From positions 1,046,901 to 1,110,900 of the forward strand of contig CAVVOG010000001.1 in assembly GCA_963749895.1 (NCBI GenBank): 64,000 nucleotides of DNA. The letters run 5' to 3'. This DNA is from an uncultured Actinomycetes bacterium. GTDB taxonomy: Bacteria; Actinomycetota; UBA4738; HRBIN12. The position numbers and the translations under genes were made by a program. The notes below the pieces were generated by a model. The model had not been told where the DNA came from. It made no database searches and saw only the letters and a list, made by a program, of their open reading frames with translations. Shown here in pieces: positions 11,244-19,970 of this stretch. Positions within the stretch are counted from its first letter, which is position 1, and every line of letters starts with the position of its first letter.

Positions 11244-12143
11244 TCAGGGGGACCGGCGGTACCGATCGACCGCGAGGGCGAGCCGGTCGAGCGAAGCCTC
11301 CGTCATCGGCCGCAGACCGACGATCAGATGGGCGACGCCGAGGGCCTCGTACGCGTCGAACATGCGTGCCATCTCCTCGACCGAGCCCTCGAACACCGGG
11401 TCCTCGTCCTCGTCGCTCGCGCCAGGCACGTCGGGATCGACGATCGTGATGCCGACGGTGGTGCCGACGGTCGATCGATCACGTCCCTCGGACTGCATCG
11501 CGCGGTCGAAGGCAGCGAACGCATCCGCCAGCTGGTCGTCCGGAGCGCCGAACCACGCGGTGTTCCACAGGTCGGCGTGACGCGCGGTGAGCCGGAGCAT
11601 GCGCTCGCCGAAGGCCGCGACCAGCACGGGGATCGGTCGGGACGGCGGTGGGACCAGCGCGGCGTCGCGCGCCTGCACGTACCTGCCCTCGAAGGTGACC
11701 CGCTCGCCGCGGACCAGCGGGGCAACCACCTGGAGGTACTCGTCGAACCGATCGACCCGGTGGTCCTTCGGGAACCCGAACGCGTCGTACTCCGGGTCGT
11801 GCCACCCGGCGCCGAGCCCGAGGATCAGCCGTCCGCCGCTCACCTCGTCGAGCGTCGCCGCCATCTTGGCGAGCAGCGTCGGGCTGCGGAAGCTCGCGCA
11901 GAGCACGATCGTGCCCAGCTCGACCCGTTCCGTGGACGCGGCGAGCGCGCTCACGATCGTCCAGGCCTCGTGCTGGCCCTCCACCACGCCGTCGGGCCGA
12001 GCGTAGAAGAAGTGGTCGTACATCCACAGGGCGTCGAGCCCGCGCGCCTCCGCACGCTGCGCGAACGAACGCACGCTGGGCCAGGAGGGGGTTGCCCCGT
12101 CTCCGTCGGCCTCGCCCGCCGGGACGATCACGCCGATCTTCAT
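11244..12143 (-). CDS. LLM-class (luciferase-like) F420-dependent oxidoreductase
   Basis: 299 aa with LILGLGAGWHDPEYDAFGFP, typical of the luciferase-like monooxygenase fold. First gene of a three-gene operon. Confidence 0.8.
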   Translation of the reverse strand: MKIGVIVPAGEADGDGATPSWPSVRSFAQRAEARGLDALWMYDHFFYARPDGVVEGQHEAWTIVSALAASTERVELGTIVLCASFRSPTLLAKMAATLDEVSGGRLILGLGAGWHDPEYDAFGFPKDHRVDRFDEYLQVVAPLVRGERVTFEGRYVQARDAALVPPPSRPIPVLVAAFGERMLRLTARHADLWNTAWFGAPDDQLADAFAAFDRAMQSEGRDRSTVGTTVGITIVDPDVPGASDEDEDPVFEGSVEEMARMFDAYEALGVAHLIVGLRPMTEASLDRLALAVDRYRRSP

Positions 12144-12150
12144 GGCCGGC

Positions 12151-12642
12151 TCAGCGGTAATTCGTGAACTGCAGCGCGATCCCGAAGTCGTGCTCCTTGA
12201 CCGCCTTGATCACGGCCTGGAGGTCGTCCTTGTTCTTGCCCATCACGCGTACCTGCGCGCCCTGGATCTGGGTCTGGATCTTCGGGACGGCCTGCCGGAC
12301 GAACTTCGAGATCTCCTTGGCCTTCTCGTCGCTGATCCCGGTGACGAGCTTGACCGTCTGACGGACCGTGCCCTTCGCGGCCTGCTGGATCTCGTCGGGG
12401 TGCAGGGCCTTCAGCGGGATCTGGCGCTTGATCGCCTTCTCCTGGAGCACCTGGTACGCGGCCTTGAGCCGGTCCTCGGTCGCCGAGTGCATCTCGATCG
12501 CCTCGTCGGCGAGGGTCAGCGACGTGTCGGTGTTCTTGAAGTCGAACCGCTGGGAGATCTCCCGCGAGGCCTGGTCGACCGCGTTGCGGACCTCCTGCAT
12601 GTCGACCTCGGACACGATGTCGAAGCTGGACTGCTGTGCCAT
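12151..12642 (-). CDS. yajQ: YajQ family cyclic-di-GMP-binding protein (UPF0234)
   Basis: 163 aa. FDIVSEVDMQEVRNAVDQASREISQRFDFK matches YajQ N-terminal conservation. Confidence 0.85.
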   Translation of the reverse strand: MAQQSSFDIVSEVDMQEVRNAVDQASREISQRFDFKNTDTSLTLADEAIEMHSATEDRLKAAYQVLQEKAIKRQIPLKALHPDEIQQAAKGTVRQTVKLVTGISDEKAKEISKFVRQAVPKIQTQIQGAQVRVMGKNKDDLQAVIKAVKEHDFGIALQFTNYR

Positions 12643-12666
12643 GCCCCGAGGATACCGGCTGGACCT

Positions 12667-13272
12667 TCAGGCCGTGTCGGCGGGGGAGCGGACCAGCTCC
12701 CACAGCCGAGGCCCGTCCTCGATCGTGGTCGCGGCGTGCACCGTGAACCCGAACCGTTCGTAGAACGGGAGGTTCTCCGGCGTGCACGTCTGCAGGTGCG
12801 CGGGGGTTCCGTCGGCGTCGTCTCGAGCGAAGACGGGGTCGAGCACCGACCGGGCGAGGCCCCGCCCCCGGTGATCGGGATCGGTCGCGAGCACGCCGAG
12901 GTACCGGTGCGGTCCCGCGACGGCGATCGCCGTGGCCGCGGCCTCGAACCGGCCGATCCTTCCCTGCTCGTCCGGCAGGAGGGAGGGCACGACCAGCGCG
13001 TCCCAACGGCGCTCGAGTTCGTCATCCTGGGGCGACTCTCGTTCCCGGGGCGGCTCCCACAGGGACACGGCGGCTCCGCCCTTGGCGACCAAGATCTCGC
13101 CGTCCTCGAGGTCGAGGTCGAAGATGAAGCCGAAGAACACGGGCGCGGCGGTCGCGTATCGCTCGTCGGACGGGAAGAAGAACCGCAGGAGCGGGTCCTG
13201 CTCGAAGGCGCGCTCGATCGTCCGCAGCACGACCTCACGGTCTTCGATGGTCGCAGAGCGGACGGTCGACAT
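12667..13272 (-). CDS. GNAT family N-acetyltransferase
   Basis: HRGRGLARSVL acetyl-CoA binding motif (R/Q-x-x-G-x-G/A). Confidence 0.75.
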   Translation of the reverse strand: MSTVRSATIEDREVVLRTIERAFEQDPLLRFFFPSDERYATAAPVFFGFIFDLDLEDGEILVAKGGAAVSLWEPPRERESPQDDELERRWDALVVPSLLPDEQGRIGRFEAAATAIAVAGPHRYLGVLATDPDHRGRGLARSVLDPVFARDDADGTPAHLQTCTPENLPFYERFGFTVHAATTIEDGPRLWELVRSPADTA

Positions 13273-13342
13273 CGCCAGGCATGCTATGCGGCGACCGGGT
13301 GGGACGCCGGCCCGGGGTTCGCTATCCTCGGATGCGCACCAC

Positions 13343-13424
13343 GGGAGGATGCCCGAGCGGCCAAAGGGAGCGGTCTGTAAAATCGCCGGCGATGCCTACG
13401 GAGGTTCGAATCCTCCTCCTCCCA
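13343..13424 (+). tRNA. tRNA-Tyr (anticodon GTA), long variable arm, CCA not encoded
   Basis: Folded by hand. Acceptor GGGAGGA/TCCTCCC, anticodon stem GCGGT/ATCGC with loop CTGTAAA, T-arm GGAGG-TTCGAAT-CCTCC. Near-colinear with E. coli tRNA-Tyr. Confidence 0.85.
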
Positions 13425-13497
13425 CTCACTCAGGGGTGTTCTCATTACTAGGGCCCCCGACATCTCAGAACTCCGCTACCTGCTCGCCTGCGAGCAG

Positions 13498-13704
13498 TTG
13501 AAGGTCGATCCGCGAGATGCGGTCTTCGTCGGCGACGGCGCCAACGACGAGCTCGAGGGCGCCGAGTGGATCGGGATGCGAGCGGTGCTGATCCACCGTG
13601 ACGATGACTCAGCGTCCGAGCAGCGGTTCGGCGGCATGCGGATCACCGCACTTCCTCAGCTCCTCGATCTGATAAGCGATCCGGGTGGCCGGCTTCGTCG
13701 ATGA
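13498..13704 (+). pseudogene. C-terminal fragment of a HAD-family hydrolase (GDGxND motif), lacking its N-terminal half
   Basis: AVFVGDGANDELEGAEWIGMRAVLI matches HAD motif III/IV. The frame stays open back to about 13440 but runs into the tRNA. The 4-nt overlap with the next gene (ATGA) suggests co-transcription. Confidence 0.45.
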
Positions 13705-14645
13705 ACCAGGGCACCCGTCCCGAAGAGCTGCCGGCCGAGGTCCTGGACGACGTGGCCAGCGTGGTCGGAGCCCAGGTCACTCTTCTCAGTCGCCTATCCG
13801 GAGGCATCAATGAGGGAGCCATGCGCGTCCAGCTGGCCGGAGGAGCAGATGCAGTGCTCAAAGCAGTGCCCCGGGGACACACCAACCATCTGGACGAGAT
13901 GTTGCGAGCCCAGAGAGTGGTCGAGCACATGCGTCGGCGCGGCTATCCCACCCCGGCCTGGCTCGGAGTGGGGGCCACAGCCACGCATGTCTGGCATCTG
14001 ATGGACTTCGTTGACGCGGCTCCCGCGCCGGAGCTGACTCCGTCTCTCGTCGAGCAGCTGATGAAGATCATCGAACTCCAGGCTGGCCAAGCCTCCGAGC
14101 CCTACGACCACTGGTCGTATGCCTGGCGGGTCGCCACCGGTCAGGAATCGGCTGTCGGCGGGCTGGATTCCAATGAGACGCCCGAGCAGTCGCTTCTCCG
14201 ACAGTCCATAGCCAGGCTTTCGGGGTATTCCTCCGAGGTGTCGGCCTTGGTCGAGGGCCTGCGGCTCGTGTGTGCCGACATCCCACCACCACGAGTCGCA
14301 CCTGACATGGTCCATGCCGATCTCGCAACTCCGAGCAATGTCCTGGTCCGTGACGGAGCGGTGGTCGCGGTCGTGGACATCGAGAACGCAGGTAGCGGCA
14401 CGCGGGCGACTGATCTCATCGCCCTCGTTTGGTACACCTTCGAGGATCCGCTGCTGGGCGGTGTTCGCAGGCGGCTCTGGACGAGAATCCTCGACCTGGT
14501 CGGCTGGGAGGGGGCGGCGGTGCTCGCAGCGGCGCAGATCCTCCTGTCGCTCGAGTGGCCCATCCGTCTCAGGCGGGACGATGTCGTTCCGGGAGTGGTC
14601 GAGCGCGGCCATCGCGCCCTCGACGAGCTGAACGGGCTTCGCTAA
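13701..14645 (+). CDS. phosphotransferase enzyme family protein (APH/choline-kinase-like kinase)
   Basis: Brenner motif VHADLATPSNVLV and downstream DIEN. GC3 is clearly lower than in neighbouring genes (codons GGA, GCA, AAA, ATA, CTT, AAT). Confidence 0.75.
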   Translation: MNQGTRPEELPAEVLDDVASVVGAQVTLLSRLSGGINEGAMRVQLAGGADAVLKAVPRGHTNHLDEMLRAQRVVEHMRRRGYPTPAWLGVGATATHVWHLMDFVDAAPAPELTPSLVEQLMKIIELQAGQASEPYDHWSYAWRVATGQESAVGGLDSNETPEQSLLRQSIARLSGYSSEVSALVEGLRLVCADIPPPRVAPDMVHADLATPSNVLVRDGAVVAVVDIENAGSGTRATDLIALVWYTFEDPLLGGVRRRLWTRILDLVGWEGAAVLAAAQILLSLEWPIRLRRDDVVPGVVERGHRALDELNGLR

Positions 14646-14674
14646 CTGTCGCCGGAGGTGGTGGTGCTGTCCCG

Positions 14675-15331
14675 TTACTGCCTGTGGGCCTGCCCCGGGA
14701 GGAGTTGCGCGATCGCGCGGAACGGGATCAGCAGGTAGAGCGCGATCGCCATGTACATGAACACCGCGACCGACGGAGCGAGCAACCCGACCCCGATCGT
14801 GACCGCGTAGAAGCCCAGGCTGGGGTCGAGCTTCCTCGTCATCGCGCGCACGGCGTCTTCGGACCGGTCGGCCTTGATCAGGAGCTGCGCCACCGCGTGA
14901 CGCCACAGGATGCTCCCCATCGCCGACATCGCGAGCAGGTTGAGTCCGTAGATGGTGACCCCGAGCCGCTCGGCGTCGGCCTCGTGGAGGTACTCACCGA
15001 GCATCTTCGTCGTGAACGGGAGGAGCGAAACGACGAACAGCAGCAGGAGGTTGAGCCGCAGCACGATCGGATCGACGCGGTCGAGATGCTCCGTGATCGC
15101 CGAGTGGTGGATCCACGCCGCGCCGATCGAGGCGAAGCTCACGAAGTACGCGAGGTAGATCGGCCACTGATCGACGAGCGCGCGGCCGACATCACCCTCC
15201 TGGACTTCCGGGACGACGAGGTCGAGCACGAGCAGCGTGATCGCGATCGCGAAGACACCGTCGCTGAACGCCTCCATCCGGTCGGGGCGGAGCCAGCGGC
15301 CGCCTCTCTCAGACGTCGGGTCGTCTCTCAC
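14675..15331 (-). CDS. TMEM175/DUF1211 family potassium channel
   Basis: RMEAFSDGVFAIAITLLVL is the signature of the TMEM175 family. Multiple TM helices. Confidence 0.8.
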   Translation of the reverse strand: MRDDPTSERGGRWLRPDRMEAFSDGVFAIAITLLVLDLVVPEVQEGDVGRALVDQWPIYLAYFVSFASIGAAWIHHSAITEHLDRVDPIVLRLNLLLLFVVSLLPFTTKMLGEYLHEADAERLGVTIYGLNLLAMSAMGSILWRHAVAQLLIKADRSEDAVRAMTRKLDPSLGFYAVTIGVGLLAPSVAVFMYMAIALYLLIPFRAIAQLLPGQAHRQ

Positions 15332-15519
15332 ACTCGCAGCGTACTGGTCGCGACCTGCGCCTGGGGACCGCGAGGCGCCGTCGAACGCGCTGTGGGGGGT
15401 ACCCCTCCTAACCTGTGGGAGGTCCTCCAGAAGTGCCGCAAGGTGTCACCGACCGACCCACGAACTTCGAGCAGCCCTCCGACCGACCGTGTCCCGCCCG
15501 TCTCGCGTAGGCTTCGAAC

Positions 15520-16668
15520 ATGCCCTCCGATGAGGAGCCCCGGCTTCACCGGTATCCGGCCCACGTTCGCGAGTCGCCCTACCTCGAGTTCGCGATCGCC
15601 GAGGGAGCCGTCATGGCGTGGCCCTACAACCGGATGTGGCTCCCCGGGAGCTACGGCCGCGACCCCCGCGTCGAGTACGAGGCGCTGCTCGAGCGCGTCA
15701 CGCTGTGGGACGTCGGGTGTGAGCGCGCGCTCGAACTGGTCGGTCCCGACGCGGTCGCGTTCGCCGACTACCTGCTCACCCGCGACGTCGCCGGACAGGC
15801 CGTGGGCCGGTGCCGGCACGCGACGGCCTGCGACGAGGATGGGGTGATCATCTGCGAGGCCCTCGTGCTGCGGTTGAGCGACGAGCGCGTGTGGATCTGT
15901 CACGGGCCGGCTGACTTCCCGCTGTGGGCGCGAGCCGTCGCGCTACACACCGAGCACGACGTCGAGGTCCACGAGGCGTCGGTGTCACCGCTCGCGCTGC
16001 AGGGGCCCCGCGCGCTCGACGTGATGCAGGCGCTCGCACCGGAGGTCGCCTCGATGCCCCGGTACGCCTGGGCGTGGACGTCGATCGCCGGCGTGGACGT
16101 GCTGATCTCGCGAACGGGGTTCAGCGGCGAGTTCGGCTACGAGGTGTTCGCGCCGGACGTGGAGCCTGCCAGGCGCGTGTGGCAGGAGGTCAGGCGTGCC
16201 GCCGATCCGTTCGGGGTCCTGGTCACGCCCGTCAACGACGACCGTGCGTGGGAGCGCGGGCTGACCGACATCCGCCTCGGGGACAACCTAGGGATCAACC
16301 CGTTCGAGGTGGGGCTCGAGTACACGGTCGACCTCGACAAGCCCACGCGATTCATCGGGCAGGACGCGCTCCGAAGGATCGCGGATGGCACCACACCGCG
16401 GCGCCACGCGGTCGCCTTCACGATCGATGGGGACGACGTGCCCGAGCTCGAGACGTTCTGGCCGGTCGTGACACCCGGCGGCGGCGAGCGGATCGGCGTC
16501 GTGTGGGGAGCGGAGTACTCCTACGCGCTGGGACGACACGCCGGGGACGCGCTGATGGACCAGCCGACGGCGATCGGTACCCCGCTCGAGCTGCAGACGC
16601 CGTCGGGTCCGATCTCGGCCACGGTCGTGTCCCGCCCGCTCGTCCCCGAGGCGGCAACAGAACCTTGA
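15520..16668 (+). CDS. aminomethyltransferase (GcvT) family protein
   Basis: 382 aa. LISRTGFSGEFGYEVF motif of the T-protein fold. Confidence 0.8.
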   Translation: MPSDEEPRLHRYPAHVRESPYLEFAIAEGAVMAWPYNRMWLPGSYGRDPRVEYEALLERVTLWDVGCERALELVGPDAVAFADYLLTRDVAGQAVGRCRHATACDEDGVIICEALVLRLSDERVWICHGPADFPLWARAVALHTEHDVEVHEASVSPLALQGPRALDVMQALAPEVASMPRYAWAWTSIAGVDVLISRTGFSGEFGYEVFAPDVEPARRVWQEVRRAADPFGVLVTPVNDDRAWERGLTDIRLGDNLGINPFEVGLEYTVDLDKPTRFIGQDALRRIADGTTPRRHAVAFTIDGDDVPELETFWPVVTPGGGERIGVVWGAEYSYALGRHAGDALMDQPTAIGTPLELQTPSGPISATVVSRPLVPEAATEP

Positions 16669-16839
16669 CCCGACTGACCGCGGAGAGGCATACAGGTGGC
16701 CTGATCATGACCCACGCGTGAACCCTTGGAGCGCAAGTGTGGGTACTACCCCCTCGTAGCCTGTGGGCTCTCCTCTCGTAAGAGCCAGTTCGCCCAGGTC
16801 AGGAGGTTCTGAGAACACCCCACCACCACCGACCGACCC

Positions 16840-18039
16840 CTACTCGGAGAGCGCCGCCATCAGCAGCGGTGTAGCCAGATCCGGGCCGTGGTCGGCCCTC
16901 TCATTGGTCAGGACGGCGAAGATCACGGGGTCCTCGGTCAGGCACCCGGCCGACGAGATGTAGCCGAAGTTCGCGCCGAGGTGCCCGACGCCCGGCGCGA
17001 ACGCCCATGCGGGGTTGAACAGCCCGAGCCCGTACCCGTCTTCCGAGCGATCGTCGAACGTCGACATCTCGGTCAGCGAGGTCTGGGACACGATCTCGCC
17101 GGCGCAGAGCGCCCGCCACCAGCGTGCGAGCGAGATCGAGTCGGACGCCATGCCGCCCGCAGCACCACCGGAGCTCGCATCGGAGATCGACGGAAGGTAG
17201 CCGCCGCCCTGTTCGAGCGCCCCACGCGACTCGCCGCCCGGCATTGCCATCGGGTCGGTCGGGGTCTCGTCGGGCTGGTAGATGAGGCGTTCCGTCCCTT
17301 CCACGCGGACGACGCCATCGCGCAGGACGTCGACGAGCGATCGCTCGCGGACGTGCTCGATGACGAGCCCGAGCAGGTTGTAGTTGGTGTCCGCGTACTC
17401 GTGGGTGCCGAGGGGGCCACGAGCTTCACCCACGACCGCGAGGACCTCCTCGAGCGTCCAGACACGACCCCTGTTCGCCTCTAGGCGCTCTTGCACGGCG
17501 TCCGTGAACCAATCCGGGATCCCGGAGGTGTGACCGAGGAGCTGGCGGATCGATGCGCCGTTGGTGTCGAAGGCGAGGTCCGCGGGGAGGTACTCCGTGG
17601 CTGGTGCATCGAGCGAGATCTCTCCTTCCTCCACGAGCTGCATCACCTGCGCCGCCACGATCGGCTTCGTGCCGCTGGCGATGCCGAACTGGCTGTCGAT
17701 CTTGAGGTCGTGGACGCCGTCCGCCGTGCCGGCCGCCCCGCTCCAGGTTCCCTCGGGGGTCATCACGGTGGCGGCGATCCCGCCACCGTCGGCCACCAGG
17801 TCGTCCAAGATCGCCTGGAACTCCGCCGCCACATCGTCGGGGACCGGATCGTCGCTGATCGCCGCGAAGGCCTCGGTCGGGAAGACCGCGGCCTGTTCGG
17901 TCGGGGAGTCAGGTGCGGGACTCGACACGGACGGCTCGACCGAGGGCGATGCCGCCTCCGTGCCGTCGGAGGCCGACGAGCATCCCGCCAACGCGACGAC
18001 GAGGCCCATGACCGGGAGCCGCCTGAGGCGGATCGTCAT
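16840..18039 (-). CDS. serine hydrolase, beta-lactamase family (class C/PBP-like) lipoprotein
   Basis: Lipoprotein signal MTIRLRRLPVMGLVVALAGCSS. SGTK serine motif region. ATG at 18039 overlaps the upstream anti-sigma stop (TGATG). Confidence 0.8.
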   Translation of the reverse strand: MTIRLRRLPVMGLVVALAGCSSASDGTEAASPSVEPSVSSPAPDSPTEQAAVFPTEAFAAISDDPVPDDVAAEFQAILDDLVADGGGIAATVMTPEGTWSGAAGTADGVHDLKIDSQFGIASGTKPIVAAQVMQLVEEGEISLDAPATEYLPADLAFDTNGASIRQLLGHTSGIPDWFTDAVQERLEANRGRVWTLEEVLAVVGEARGPLGTHEYADTNYNLLGLVIEHVRERSLVDVLRDGVVRVEGTERLIYQPDETPTDPMAMPGGESRGALEQGGGYLPSISDASSGGAAGGMASDSISLARWWRALCAGEIVSQTSLTEMSTFDDRSEDGYGLGLFNPAWAFAPGVGHLGANFGYISSAGCLTEDPVIFAVLTNERADHGPDLATPLLMAALSE

Positions 18040-19319
18040 CACAGCGGCTGATCCCGCCAGTCCGTGTACCAGCCACCATCCCACGAGAAGTACGTGAGCT
18101 CGTCGAGCGGTTCGCCCTCGCCCGAACCGGCGGCGTCGAACACGGTCACCTGGCCGGTCTCCCCGATGCGGAACGCCACCTGGCTGCCGTCCGGCGACCA
18201 CGTGACGGAGCACCTGAACTCTCCTCCCCACGACGTCCGGTAGCAGTCGCTGAGGCCGTCGGTCCCGATCTCGGCAGGAGGGGCCCCGTCCATCGTCGCG
18301 ACTCGGATCCGAACCCCTCTCTCCGTTTCCGAGCCGAAGGCCAGCCGTGTCCCGTCCGGGGACCATGCGAAACCGAACGAGTTGCTGTCGTCGGCCACCA
18401 CGCGGATGTCTGACCCGTCCGCGTCCATCACGTACAGGTAACCGACGTGGTCACCACCGTTGGTGCCAACCGCGATGGAGGTCCCGTCCGGCGACCACAG
18501 GATCGTGTCGATGAGGGTGGGGGCCGCTTCTTCCGGCAGGCGAGTGAGGAGCGAACGCTCGCCGCTCTGCACGTCGACCGAGTAGAGCGCATCGTTCACG
18601 TCGTCGGGTGCGCCCACCGTGGCGAAGACGGATCGCGATCCGTCCGGCGACCATGCCCACGCCCTGGCGTCACCGATTGGTCCGAGGTCGGTGGTCTCGC
18701 CGGTCGCGACGTCGATCGTCCGCCACGTCTCCGAGTACTCGATCGTCGCGAGCACGGCGCCGGTCGGCGACCACATCCAGGCCAGTTCGTCCTGGGGATC
18801 CGGGTTGGCGACGGGGTTCGCACCCTTCGCCACGACGCGCGGAGCCTGCGATCCCCCCGCGACCCACAGCTCTCTGCCCGCGCCGTCCGTCGCGTCGGTC
18901 TCGTAGGCGATCCACCGGCCGTCCGCGGACCACCTCGCCGAGTAGACGACGAGGTCCTCGAGGAGGACGCGTTCCTCACCGGTGCGAGGGTCCACGGCGA
19001 CGAGGTCGCCGGGTGTCTTGAGGTCACCGTCGGGAACGGTGGGCTCGGTCACCCCGGTGAAGTCCAGCACCTCTCCGTTCCGGCGCATGACGCCGGGGGC
19101 CGGTGCGGGGGTGTCGGCGGGGACCGGCGCGGTCCGGATCACATCGGCGCCGGCCAGCGTGGCCACGGCGATCGCCACGACAGCGGCCGTCGCCAGGGCG
19201 CCGTTCAGGGCGAGCCGGCGGCGGGCCCGCCGCACCGCCGTCGGCGTGTCGGCCGGCGCAGCGGGGACCGTGTCCGCGCGGCGCTGGAGCATCTCGCGGA
19301 TCTCGCGCTCGTCGATCAT
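18039..19319 (-). CDS. anti-sigma factor with one TM helix and extracytoplasmic TolB-like beta-propeller domain (paralog of 6155..7183)
   Basis: N-terminus MIDEREIREMLQRRAD, TM LATAAVVAIAVATLAGA, then WSPDG repeats (WSADGRW, WSPDGSR, WSPDGTS, WSPDGTR, WSPDGSQ). Confidence 0.7.
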   Translation of the reverse strand: MIDEREIREMLQRRADTVPAAPADTPTAVRRARRRLALNGALATAAVVAIAVATLAGADVIRTAPVPADTPAPAPGVMRRNGEVLDFTGVTEPTVPDGDLKTPGDLVAVDPRTGEERVLLEDLVVYSARWSADGRWIAYETDATDGAGRELWVAGGSQAPRVVAKGANPVANPDPQDELAWMWSPTGAVLATIEYSETWRTIDVATGETTDLGPIGDARAWAWSPDGSRSVFATVGAPDDVNDALYSVDVQSGERSLLTRLPEEAAPTLIDTILWSPDGTSIAVGTNGGDHVGYLYVMDADGSDIRVVADDSNSFGFAWSPDGTRLAFGSETERGVRIRVATMDGAPPAEIGTDGLSDCYRTSWGGEFRCSVTWSPDGSQVAFRIGETGQVTVFDAAGSGEGEPLDELTYFSWDGGWYTDWRDQPL

Positions 19320-19849
19320 CGTGGCATCCCCTCCAGTTCCTCGCGGAGCGTTCGCATGCCGCGCGACGTGAGCGATCGGACGGTGCCCGCCGAACAGCCC
19401 AGGACGGCCGCCGTCTGGACGTCCGAGAGGTCCTCGTAGAACCGCAGGACGATCGCGGCCCGTTGGCGTTCCGGGAGTCCCAGGAGGACGCGGTGCATCG
19501 CTTCGTCCAGGTCGTCGTTCGCGTTCGTGACGGCGGAAGGCGCGGCGGTGACCCGCTCGAGGTACGCGCGCTCGACCCGAGCGTGGCGGAAGTGGCTCGT
19601 GGCGAGGTTGACGATCGTCCTGCGCAAGTAGGCCCAGAAGGCGGTCGGCTCGCGTAGATGGCGGAGTCGACCCACGAGCCGGACGAAGGCGTCCTGCACC
19701 AGGTCTTCGGCCAGGGCTCGGTCGCCGGTCAGGAGGAAGGCCAGACGGATGCCGTCAGGCGCGTAGGCCACATAGAGCTCCGAGAGCGACCCGCGTTCGA
19801 CGACCTGTCCCGCCATCTCGCTCACCATCGTCCCCCTTCCTTCCTCCAC
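19316..19849 (-). CDS. ECF RNA polymerase sigma factor (second copy)
   Basis: Region 2 DLVQDAFVRLV and region 4 DVQTAAVLGCSAGTVRSLTSRG. Track ORF coordinates used, since the displayed line near 19850 is ambiguous by 1 nt. An alternative ATG start lies at about 19828. Confidence 0.8.
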   Translation of the reverse strand: MEEGRGTMVSEMAGQVVERGSLSELYVAYAPDGIRLAFLLTGDRALAEDLVQDAFVRLVGRLRHLREPTAFWAYLRRTIVNLATSHFRHARVERAYLERVTAAPSAVTNANDDLDEAMHRVLLGLPERQRAAIVLRFYEDLSDVQTAAVLGCSAGTVRSLTSRGMRTLREELEGMPR

Positions 19850-19970
19850 GAGATAGAGACGCCGAGCGACCCCCCGAACGCTGCGTCAGGCCCGATGTCC
19901 GAGCCGGATCCGCGCGCGGGGGGAGGTACTCCCGGGATCGGAAGTCCTCGTCGCAGGAGCACCGGGTGGG

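Noticed and set aside
9607-13380. 657-aa and 412-aa plus-strand ORFs (9607..11580, 12142..13380)
   Set aside because: They are antisense to the aminotransferase/LLM and YajQ/GNAT genes and have low-complexity Arg/Gly/Asp-rich sequence.
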